From: an uncultured Bifidobacteriaceae bacterium | GTDB lineage: Bacteria; Verrucomicrobiota; Verrucomicrobiia; Limisphaerales; UBA11358 | Direction: 5' to 3' | DNA: 64,000 bases | Assembly: GCA_964532525.1 (NCBI GenBank) | Contig: CAZHIM010000014.1 | Coordinates: forward strand, 19,552 to 83,551 | Shown: in pieces, positions 51,726-59,595 of the stretch | How the letters are laid out: every line of letters begins with the position of its first letter | Position numbering within the stretch: the stretch's first letter is position 1 | Made by a program: the position numbers and the translations under genes | Notes under the pieces: model-generated | Told to the model about the DNA's origin: nothing | The model's database searches: none | The model's input: the letters and a program-made list of their open reading frames with translations, nothing else

Positions 51726-54443
51726 TCAGGGTTTCGCGGCGGCGGCCTTCATGGCCAAGGCCCGGGCGAGGTTGTTGCTGGCCTCCGCGGAATCCGGCCG
51801 CAGGCGGACGGCTTCCCGGAACTCAACGATGGCGTCATCCAGCCGCCCCTGGCCGCCCAGCACCACGCCGAGCCGGTCGTGCGCCGCGGCATAATCCGGT
51901 TTCAGGCGGATGGCGGCTTGGAACTCGGCGATGGCCTCGCTCGCGCGGCCCAGTTTGGCCAGGGCCACCGCGAGGTAATGGTGCGCCGGCGCGAAATCCG
52001 GCGCCAGCCGGGTGACGGTTCGAAATTCGCCGATGGCGTCATCCACCCGGCCCAATTTGTAGAAGGCGCTGGCGAGATTGTAGTGTGCGTCCCGGTAGTC
52101 GGGCTTGCTGTGGACGGCGGCCTGGAACTGGGCGATGGCGTCATCGGCGCGGTCCCTGGCCGCGAGCAGATTGCCGAGGTTGTTATGGGCCTCGGCAAAG
52201 TCCGGGGCCAGCCGGATGGCCGCCTGGAACTGGCCCATCGCTTCGTCCGTGCGCCCCGCCTTGGCGAACAGGTTGCCCAGTTTGTAATGGGTGTCGGCAT
52301 CATCGGGCCGGAGGCTCAGGGCCTGCTGAAACTGCGCGATGGCGCCGTCCGGCTGGCCGTTTTTGGCCAGCAAATTCGCCCAGTTGTAGTGCGCATCGGC
52401 ATCATCCGGCTGGAGCCGGAGGGCCGCTTGAAATTCCCTGATGGCGGCCTGCGTTTGACCTCGCATCGCCAGCACGTTGCCCAGGTTGTTGTGGGCTTCG
52501 GGCCAGTCGTTTTTCAGCCGGACCGCTGCTTGCAACTGGACGATCGCATCGTCAGCCTGCCCCTGGCTGGCCAGCGCGTTGCCCAGCTCGAAATGGGCCT
52601 GCGGATCATCCGGTTTTTCGCGCAACGCCTGCTGAAACTGGCTGATGGCCAAGTCGGTTTGTCCGCCCCGGGCCAGCAAAGTGCCAAAGTTATAGTGGGC
52701 GTCGGGGTAGTCCGGGCTAAGGGCGATGACCTGCTGAAATTGGGCGATGGCTTCATTGGTCCGGCCGGCCAAGTCCAGCAGCGCCGCCAGATTGTTGCGG
52801 GCCTCAACGTAATCGGGCCGCAGGCGGACGGCGTTCTGGAATTCCTGGAAGGCGGCGTTGGTTTGGCCTTGGGCCAGCAGCATTGTGGCGAGATTGTTGT
52901 GGGGATCGGCAAACCCCGGTTGCAGGCGGATGGCAGTCTCATATTCCCTGATGGCGGCCGGCGTTTGGCCCTTCTGTTTCAAGGCGTTGCCGAGGTTGTT
53001 GTGGGCCTCCACGCAGTTGGCTCGGTCCCGGAGGGCGGCCTGAAACTCGTTGAGGGCGGCATCCACCTGGCCCCGGTCCATCAGGACGGTTCCGAGATTG
53101 TTGCGCGCCACCTCGTTGTCGGCCGTGACTTCCAGCGAGTGGCGGAAGAGAATCTCGCTGTTCTGCCAAAAGCCAATCTGGTGCCAGGTTGCAGCGCACA
53201 GAATGACGGCTGCCAAGCCGGCCAGCGCGCCGGCCAGCGCCTCCTGTCGCCAGCGCCGGGCCAACTCGGAGATGCCCCAGACGATCAGCACGAATATGCC
53301 CAACGACGGGATGTAAGTGTAACGATCCGCCATGGCCTGAATGCCCACCTGCACCAAGCCAATCACCGGCACCAGCGTGCCGATAAACCAAAACCAGCCC
53401 ACCGGCAGAAACGGATATGGTCGCCGGGCCAGCCAAACCAGGATCGAAATGCCCGCCAGACATGCGCCAGCCAGAAGCACCCCCCCCACCGGCCAGTGCC
53501 CGGGATGCGGATAGAAGAATGCCAGGTCCACCGGCCAGACCAGCTTGAGCAGATAGCGGCCATAGGAAACCACGGCATTCTCGCACCGGCTGCCAAAAGT
53601 CAGGTGTTCCAATATCTTCATGGCGCCCGTTTGGTGTTGGACGTAAAACGTCATCAGGCTCCCCGCTGCTGCCAAGGCAAAGAAGGGAAGCTTTTCCACC
53701 AGCAACCGCCCCGCGCGGCCCGGCTGGAACCGTTTCAACGGCCAATAATCCAACAGCAGCAGGACAAACGGCCACGTCACCAGCATCGGCTTGCTCAGCA
53801 GCCCGAGGGCGAAACAAAAGCAGGCCAGCCAGTACCAGGCCGAGACATAAAACACGGGGCCGGCGCCGGCTTCCGCGGCTTCCGCATCCTTGGTTTTCCG
53901 CCCCTGCGCATAAGCCGAGTACAGCAGCAGTGTCACGAGCCCGAAGCAAGTGCTCAGCACGTCCTTGCGTTCCGCCACCCACGCCACCGACTCCACGTGC
54001 AACGGGTGCCAGCCAAAGAGGGCTGCCACCATTGCGCTCCGCCAGCGTGCCCCGGTGAGCCGGTGCAACAGCAGGAAGACCAGCACCGTGTTCAGGGCGT
54101 GCAGCAAAATGCTGGTGAGATGATGTCCCCACGGCCGCAAGCCATACCACTGGCAGTCCAGCATGTGGGACAGAACGGTCAGCGGATGCCAGTTCGAGCA
54201 AACCACAGCCGTAAGCGCCCACCGGATGTTTTCCAAAGTCAGACCGCGTTGCACCTCGAGATTTGCCGTTACATATTGGCCATCGTCATAGGCCACGAAT
54301 TCATGACGCAGGACGGGCGTATAGAGTGCGAAGGTGAGCAACCCCAATACGGCGGCCAGCAACCAGGCGGGAAAGCGCGTCCGTTTCACCGACACGGATT
54401 CCCCGGTTGGCGGGTGGGCGGCTTCAGTTGGTGGTCGGAACAT
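51726..54443 (-). CDS. TMTC-like membrane protein: N-terminal multi-TM (O-mannosyltransferase-like) domain plus long C-terminal TPR array
   Basis: N-terminal FVAYDDGQYV...NWHPLTVLSHMLDCQ...GHHLTSILLHALN with about 10 TM helices, then more than 12 TPR units (AHNNLGN.L...G....AI..F..A..L.PD). Confidence 0.8.
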   Translation of the reverse strand: MFRPPTEAAHPPTGESVSVKRTRFPAWLLAAVLGLLTFALYTPVLRHEFVAYDDGQYVTANLEVQRGLTLENIRWALTAVVCSNWHPLTVLSHMLDCQWYGLRPWGHHLTSILLHALNTVLVFLLLHRLTGARWRSAMVAALFGWHPLHVESVAWVAERKDVLSTCFGLVTLLLYSAYAQGRKTKDAEAAEAGAGPVFYVSAWYWLACFCFALGLLSKPMLVTWPFVLLLLDYWPLKRFQPGRAGRLLVEKLPFFALAAAGSLMTFYVQHQTGAMKILEHLTFGSRCENAVVSYGRYLLKLVWPVDLAFFYPHPGHWPVGGVLLAGACLAGISILVWLARRPYPFLPVGWFWFIGTLVPVIGLVQVGIQAMADRYTYIPSLGIFVLIVWGISELARRWRQEALAGALAGLAAVILCAATWHQIGFWQNSEILFRHSLEVTADNEVARNNLGTVLMDRGQVDAALNEFQAALRDRANCVEAHNNLGNALKQKGQTPAAIREYETAIRLQPGFADPHNNLATMLLAQGQTNAAFQEFQNAVRLRPDYVEARNNLAALLDLAGRTNEAIAQFQQVIALSPDYPDAHYNFGTLLARGGQTDLAISQFQQALREKPDDPQAHFELGNALASQGQADDAIVQLQAAVRLKNDWPEAHNNLGNVLAMRGQTQAAIREFQAALRLQPDDADAHYNWANLLAKNGQPDGAIAQFQQALSLRPDDADTHYKLGNLFAKAGRTDEAMGQFQAAIRLAPDFAEAHNNLGNLLAARDRADDAIAQFQAAVHSKPDYRDAHYNLASAFYKLGRVDDAIGEFRTVTRLAPDFAPAHHYLAVALAKLGRASEAIAEFQAAIRLKPDYAAAHDRLGVVLGGQGRLDDAIVEFREAVRLRPDSAEASNNLARALAMKAAAAKP

Positions 54444-54601
54444 ACGGATGTCGGGGTTTCGCGGCTCTTGGCGGCTTGGGCCTCATTTGTTAAACGAAAA
54501 CCGGCTGGTTGTGCAAGCCGCTTTGGCGGCGCCGTTCGTCCGTTCGTCCCGGCGGAGGGCCGCCCGCGGCAGGTCTGCGAAAAGACCGGTTGGGGGGAAG
54601 A

Positions 54602-54676
54602 TGGTGCGCGGTAGAGGTTTCGAACCTCTGACCCCTACCGTGTCAAGGTAATGCTCTACCACTGAGCTAACCGCGC
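54602..54676 (-). tRNA. tRNA-Val (anticodon GAC), CCA encoded
   Basis: The reverse complement folds as a cloverleaf. Acceptor GCGCGGT/ACCGCGC; D-stem GCTC/GAGC; anticodon stem TTACC/GGTAG; loop TTGACAC; T-stem AGAGG/CCTCT; loop TTCGAAA; 3' ACCA. Confidence 0.9.
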
Positions 54677-54831
54677 AACCGATGGCCATGTTTGCTAGCG
54701 AACACCGCATTTTCATTGAGGTTTTACGGCCTTTTCCTCAACTCCGCTCAACGCAACTTCTACCAAGCTCCTACCAACCTGTTGCCCTTTTGCGATTGAT
54801 TTTTTGGGCACAAACGGGCACAGTTGGCTCG

Positions 54832-55947
54832 ATGAAATTCTCGATTTCATATTTGCCTGCCCGCAAGCGCTGGCGATTAGAATATCGTAATGGGAAACGC
54901 TTCAGGGTCAACTTCAAAACAAAAGCCCTGGCCCAGGCGGAGGCTGAACGGCTCCAGGAAGACCTGGAAAGGGCCGGCGCGGTGTGGGTGGCCATGTCAC
55001 ACCCGGAACGGAATGAACTCATGTCTGTGGTCACGGAGATGCGCGAGGAGGGCCTTACGCCGCGGCAGGCCTGGGATGAATTCAAAAGGCTGCGGGTGGC
55101 CGGTGGGGCACAAACGGGCACAGTGACGGCAGAAAAGGCGCTAACGGAGTTGCACAATGCCAAGCTGGCCGCGGGGCGGGCCAAGCTCTACCTGGCCAAC
55201 TTGAAGCAGATCATCGGTGATTTCATTGTGGGCCGTGAGTATCTGCCAGTGTCCAGGTTCACCTTGGCGGACGTGGAGACCTTCCTGAACCAGTACAACA
55301 TCGAGTATCGGAGCACGCTCCGCAGCCGGCTGGCGACTTGGTTCCGGTTCGCTGTCAAACGCGGCTACCGGGCGGATAACCCCTGTGAGCGCTTGGAGAC
55401 CATCCGGCTCCGCAGGGGAGCCCCGCGGGTGTTCACGCTGCCGGAGGTCACGAAGGCCCTGGGCTGGCTCCAGGTGCATCCGCGGGCGCTGGCGTGGTTC
55501 TACCTGTCCACTTTTGCCGGCTTGCGCCCGGAGGAGGCTCAAAAGACAACGTGGAAGATGATAAATTTTCAGGACGGGTGGATACGCTGCGAGGAGCAGA
55601 CCACCAAGACCGGCGAGCGCCGGGTGGTTTACCCGCGGCCCGGGGTCATGGACGCCTTGAAATACGCGAAGGCGGCGGGCAGCGTGCTTCCCTTGTCCCG
55701 CCTGCAAATGAGACGGGAACGGACGAAATTGCGCAAGGCCCTGGGGCTGGAAGCATGGCCGAAGGACGTGACACGGCACACCGCAGCCTCCATGTGGCTG
55801 GCTGCTGCTGGGGAGGCATCCAAGGTGGCTGGCCAGCTCGGGCATAGCGAACGCATCCTGCACAGCCGCTACAAGGCCTTGGTGTTGCGGACCGACGCGC
55901 AAAAGTTCTGGTGGCTGGTGGACAGTTGTGCCGAGCTGCCATCGTAA
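54832..55947 (+). CDS. Tyrosine-type site-specific integrase
   Basis: The ATG at 54832 gives MKFSISYLPARKRWRLEYRNGKRF... The catalytic region has GLRPEEA, TRHTAASMWL and GHSERILHSRY (R..H-x-x-R..H..Y pattern). Lies directly beside tRNA-Val. Confidence 0.85.
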   Translation: MKFSISYLPARKRWRLEYRNGKRFRVNFKTKALAQAEAERLQEDLERAGAVWVAMSHPERNELMSVVTEMREEGLTPRQAWDEFKRLRVAGGAQTGTVTAEKALTELHNAKLAAGRAKLYLANLKQIIGDFIVGREYLPVSRFTLADVETFLNQYNIEYRSTLRSRLATWFRFAVKRGYRADNPCERLETIRLRRGAPRVFTLPEVTKALGWLQVHPRALAWFYLSTFAGLRPEEAQKTTWKMINFQDGWIRCEEQTTKTGERRVVYPRPGVMDALKYAKAAGSVLPLSRLQMRRERTKLRKALGLEAWPKDVTRHTAASMWLAAAGEASKVAGQLGHSERILHSRYKALVLRTDAQKFWWLVDSCAELPS

Positions 55948-56114
55948 TGCTGCCAGAACCTCATTTCAGGCTGCCGCTGGACCCGCGCAGATCTCATGAA
56001 GCCGGCGCTCCGCCTGGGCGGCGATGGTATGATCGTCGGTTTCAAAGATGACCTTGGCAGAGCCAGACTGGTGGTCAATAAAAGGCAGGGGGGAGAAGTC
56101 CTATACAGAATCAT

Positions 56115-56167
56115 CTAACTATTATCTATTATTAACTATTAAATAATTGATAATAGATAATAGTTAG
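56115..56167. repeat. 53-bp A/T-only-rich near-perfect palindrome (function unknown; candidate protein-binding or recombination site)
   Basis: ctaactattatctattat (56115-56132) is the exact reverse complement of ataatagataatagttag (56150-56167). The 17-nt centre also pairs apart from 2 mismatches. Built from TAACTATTA-type units. Confidence 0.8.
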
Positions 56168-56253
56168 TAGCGTTTTATATAGAGCTTTCCCCCTCGGGTT
56201 TTCCCGCGGAGCCCCGGCCCCGGAGAAATTGCCCCCGGCCCCCGCTTTTTTTG

Positions 56254-56290
56254 AAAAATTAACCCCACCCCTCCCCTGCCAGGAGGTAGC
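56254..56290. repeat. Left copy of a ~38-nt imperfect inverted repeat bracketing the recombinase cassette
   Basis: aaaaattaaccccacccctcccctgccaggaggtagc compared with the reverse complement of 57677-57715 (aaaaaattaacccccaccctcccccatcaggaggtaagc). Mostly identical with a few 1-nt indels. Confidence 0.7.
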
Positions 56291-56602
56291 TCCGATTTCC
56301 TGCACTCTAGATGAAGCAATATGTCCAGTGACGACAGGCGAGCAGTATAATATAGGTGGAACTCCGCCACGTTGCATCCTGGTGGCCATCTCTGGGACCA
56401 GGCAAGCCAACTCGGTCGGTAAGTTTTAGACCAGAAGAAGCCGGGCTGAGGGCGCACGCAGGCGCGCTGGAGGCCCGCCCGGACGCGTTTGATCGCGCGG
56501 CGGGGTGGAGAAGAGCCGGCAAGGCTGCTGCGAGCCCCTGGAGGGCATTCCTGCCCCGCCGGACGGACGCTACGCTGCCGGCGTTGCCGCCCGAAGCATG
56601 GT

Positions 56603-57160
56603 TCAGGTGGTCGAAACCGGGATTTTCAATTCCCGGGCTATCGCCCGAACCCCGAGCCCACGCGCCTTGAGCGTCAGCACTTCCGCGGGAACCCGGTTAT
56701 GCTTTGGATGCCGGCCAAGCTTCACGCCGCGGGCCTTGGCGGCGGCCAGCCCGGCGTTAACCCGCTCGCGGATTATCTCGCGCTCAAACTCAGCCACGGC
56801 CATGAGGACGTTCATTTGGAGCCGGCCAACCGGATTGCTGTTGCTGGTGTCTATCCCCTGGCTCGTGGCGATCAGGGCGACGCCATTACGCTCCAATTCG
56901 GCCAGCAGCAGCGCCAGATGGGGCAAGGAGCGGCCCAAGCGGTCGAGCTTGAAGACTACCACCCGCTCAATCTTGCCAGCCCGTATGGCGGCCATGAGCG
57001 CGTCGAGGCCGGGCCGGACGAATTTGGCCCCCGATATCTGGTCAGAGTAGATTTGGACTTCGCGCCAGCCGCGGCGCTCGCAATAGGCGCGGAGTTCGTG
57101 TTCTTGGCTGTCGGTTGTTTGCCCGTCAGTCGAAACTCGGACATAGAGTGCAGTGTTCAT
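56603..57160 (-). CDS. Serine recombinase (resolvase/invertase family)
   Basis: MNTALYVRVSTDGQ (catalytic Ser), RPGLDALM, VFKLDRLGRS, EFEREIIRERVNAGL and a GR-rich linker. The C-terminal HTH ends abruptly at ...IARELKIPVSTT. Confidence 0.9.
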   Translation of the reverse strand: MNTALYVRVSTDGQTTDSQEHELRAYCERRGWREVQIYSDQISGAKFVRPGLDALMAAIRAGKIERVVVFKLDRLGRSLPHLALLLAELERNGVALIATSQGIDTSNSNPVGRLQMNVLMAVAEFEREIIRERVNAGLAAAKARGVKLGRHPKHNRVPAEVLTLKARGLGVRAIARELKIPVSTT

Positions 57161-57212
57161 AAAATCAATTGTATCCGGACACTAATTTGTGCTTGGGTAT
57201 TCCCTCGGGAAT

Positions 57213-57464
57213 TTAGTGCTTTTTAGGCTTCTTTTGGGGGAGGGATTCCGGCCGGCCTGAATCGTCGGTGGCGGCTTTCAAGAAGACGCTCCCGGTTAAA
57301 GGCGGTTTTTCGCCTGGCTTTGCCCCGTTTGCCGCGGGCCGGGACAGAATTCTCCAGCCGCCGGAGAAGAGTTCGGGCGCGTTCTCCGGCGTGGCCAATC
57401 TTATCCGCGAAGTTGTCTCCGGGCTTCCAGGCGCCGTTTGTTTTGCATTTTTATCGTTTTTCAT
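57213..57464 (-). CDS. Small basic protein (hypothetical) upstream of the recombinase
   Basis: ATG at 57464 is preceded by GGAGAtaatc. The 83-aa product is Lys/Pro-rich with no recognisable family. The track ORF extends to 57533. Confidence 0.35.
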   Translation of the reverse strand: MKNDKNAKQTAPGSPETTSRIRLATPENAPELFSGGWRILSRPAANGAKPGEKPPLTGSVFLKAATDDSGRPESLPQKKPKKH

Positions 57465-57566
57465 GATTATCTCCACTTTCTCTTTTCTGGTTCCATCCAG
57501 GACTCCCCCAAGCCGGCGGGGAGGTACACGCACACCAGCCTGGTTCTGCCCCTCCCCTATAAAGCA

Positions 57567-57608
57567 CCTTCAATTTATCAATTTAATTTTAAGTTGATAA
57601 ATTGAAGG
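57567..57608. promoter_or_regulatory. 42-bp A/T-rich palindrome containing a hix-like 26-bp dyad (candidate serine-recombinase site or operator)
   Basis: ccttcaatttatcaa (57567-57581) and ttgataaattgaagg (57594-57608) are exact inverted repeats. The inner 26 bp read TTATCAATTTAA-TT-TTAAGTTGATAA (57575-57600). Lies ~100 nt upstream of the small-ORF/recombinase unit. Confidence 0.6.
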
Positions 57609-57676
57609 GGGTTTATGGAGGTTTTGCAGAGACCGAGGCCCCGCCGCCCGCCCAGACCCCCCAGGGTCAAAAAATG

Positions 57677-57715
57677 GCTTACCTCCTGATGGGGGAGGGT
57701 GGGGGTTAATTTTTT
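57677..57715. repeat. Right copy of the ~38-nt imperfect inverted repeat
   Basis: gcttacctcctgatgggggagggtgggggttaatttttt. See 56254-56290. Confidence 0.7.
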
Positions 57716-57984
57716 ACAAAATATCCACGGCGGGGGTATTTTCCCCATAGGCCAGCTCCGATGCCTTCGATGTATGGTCATGGTCGTTTTTTTTGCGTGC
57801 TGCCTAACGCATCAGGGAGGATGTGCGACGACAGAATCCCTCCGCGGGATAAGGTCATCGGGAACAGTTTTCGGAGAATCTTTTCTCCGCACATCGGAGC
57901 CGGTGTTAGGCCCCTACCACCGTGACTCTCGCACCCGCGAAAGCTCGGATTGGTAGCCATGACCGCTACGGGTCAGGCATTCCT

Positions 57985-58848
57985 GATGCTCAAAACAGAG
58001 TGTGCCTTAGTACTAAAAAGGCAAGCGCAAAGTGGTCGGGCGTCGCATCCGGCGGCAGCGTCAGCTCCACCCAGGTCAGTGCCTGCGCCAAACTCCGTGG
58101 ATGCCGAGGTCCAGCTCTGACGTGACCACCCCCTCGTCGCCTGCCCCTATGTGGTGTTCGATGCCCGCTACGAAAAGGTCCGCCACGACGGTCAACTCCG
58201 CGATTGCGCCGTCCTCGTTGCCCGGACATCACCGCCGAAGGCAAGCGCTCCATCTTGGGCGTCAGCGTCGCCCTCAGTGAAGCCGAAGCCCATTGGCGCA
58301 CCTTCTTCCAAGGCCTCGTCCAGCGCGGCCTCTGCGGCGTCACTTACATCGTCAGCGATGACCACCCCGGCATGGCTGCCGCCCGTAAAGCCGTCTTTGG
58401 CCCCGTCCCGTGGCAGCGCTGCCAGTTCCATCTTCAGCAAAACGCCCAAGCCTACGTGCCCCGCCTGGATCAGCGGGCCGAAGTCGCCCGCGCCATCCGC
58501 AGTGTCTTGGACTGCCCCTCGCGCCACGCCGCTGAATTGCGGCTCAAGGAAATCGCCAGCGACTATGCCAAAAGCGCGCCCCAACTGGCCCGCTGGCTGG
58601 AGGAAAACCTGCCCCAAGGCTTCACCGTCTTCGCCTTGCCCGCCGCCCATCAGAAACGCCTGCGCACCTCCGATGCGCTCGAACGCGTCAACCAGGAACT
58701 CAAACGCCGCACCCGCGTGGCCCGCGTCTTTCCGAACGAGGTCTCCCTCCTGCGGCTCACCACCGCGCTCTTATGCGAAACCAATGACGATTGGGAAACC
58801 GGAAAAATTTACCTCAACATGGAGAACCAAACCCGGCCCTCAGTTTAA
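57985..58848 (+). pseudogene. IS256-family (Mutator-type) transposase, 5'-truncated with frameshifts and an in-frame stop
   Basis: The C-terminal two-thirds can be read across three frames: ...VSSTQVSACAKL / VDAEVQL*RDHPLVACPYVVFDARYEKVRHDGQLRDCAVLVA / ITAEGKRSILGVSVALSEAEAHW...PWQRCQFHLQQNAQAYVPR...LRTSDALERVNQELKRRTRVARVFPNE. Stop codon at 58118-58120. Confidence 0.8.
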
Positions 58849-58971
58849 ATGCTAACAACTTTTACAGAAAAAACTTGCGCCTCCTGTGAACAAATAAGGC
58901 TTGTCAATTGGAGGCTTACTGATTACCACCAAACGACAGCATTCAGGATTGACAGGAACATCAGATCATTT

Positions 58972-59595
58972 ATGAAACCGTATCCCATTCAACTTGAAAT
59001 TTCCGGCCCAACTGCCATGTGGACGCGGCCCGACACCGGTTCGTCGCCCGTTTCCTATACCGCACCCACATTCAGCGCCGTGAAGGGTATTTTCGAATCT
59101 GTCCTGCGCTGGAAATCCGTGAATGTCCGGCCGATGAAGGTCGAGATTTGTGCGCCCGTGCAATTCCACCGATACACGACGAATTACGGCGGGCCGCTCC
59201 GAGCCAGCGACGCCATGAACAAAGGCGCGTCATTCCAATTTTACGCCGTCGTGTTGGTCAATGTGTGCTACCGGCTTTACGCGCAGGCCGAGTTTGCCGG
59301 GCATCACGACAGCACCACTTGGCCGCCACATGCGTATCATGATGTTTTCAATCGCGCCTTGGAACGCGGCCAATGGTTCTACACGCCGTGTTTGGGATGG
59401 AAGGAATTCGCCCCGGATTATGTCGGCCCGTTTCGCTCGGAAACTCGCGTTTGCGAAGCCGAGAACCACGAACTGTCCTCGATGCTGCGGATGGTATTTG
59501 ACCAGATGCAGGGCGGTAAAGTGAAGCCGTCTTTCTACAACATGCGCAATCACCCCAACCTCCGCGTCGAGAAAGGAGTCCTCACCTATGCTTAA
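58972..59595 (+). CDS. cas5: CRISPR-associated protein Cas5, subtype I-C-like
   Basis: MKPYPIQLEISGPTAMWTRPDTGSSPVSYTAPTFSAVKGIFESVLRWKSVNVRPMKVEICAPVQF follows the Cas5d pattern (xxGxxAxxTRPE/D...VSY..PT.SA.KGI.E...WK). ATG at 58972. Confidence 0.8.
   Translation: MKPYPIQLEISGPTAMWTRPDTGSSPVSYTAPTFSAVKGIFESVLRWKSVNVRPMKVEICAPVQFHRYTTNYGGPLRASDAMNKGASFQFYAVVLVNVCYRLYAQAEFAGHHDSTTWPPHAYHDVFNRALERGQWFYTPCLGWKEFAPDYVGPFRSETRVCEAENHELSSMLRMVFDQMQGGKVKPSFYNMRNHPNLRVEKGVLTYA

Noticed and set aside
55966-56100. 45-codon open frame on the minus strand (..PFIDHQSGSAKVIFETDDHTIAAQAERRLHEICAG) and an antisense 40-aa ORF at 55996..56118
   Set aside because: The minus frame has no ATG/GTG/TTG start and may be a gene remnant. 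The plus ORF is short, with no recognisable family and no ribosome-binding site. There is not enough evidence to call either.
56346-56351. Perfect TATAAT box inside the recombinase cassette as an inversion-switched outward promoter
   Set aside because: There is no acceptable -35 element at 16-18 nt. The box points into the cassette in either orientation, so it cannot drive flanking genes after inversion.
58849-58971. Sigma-70-type promoter for cas5 (TTGACA at 58949-58954; TTGTCA at about 58896)
   Set aside because: The TTGACA has its best -10 match overlapping the cas5 start codon, and the TTGTCA has only a weak -10 (TACCAC). No confident call is possible.
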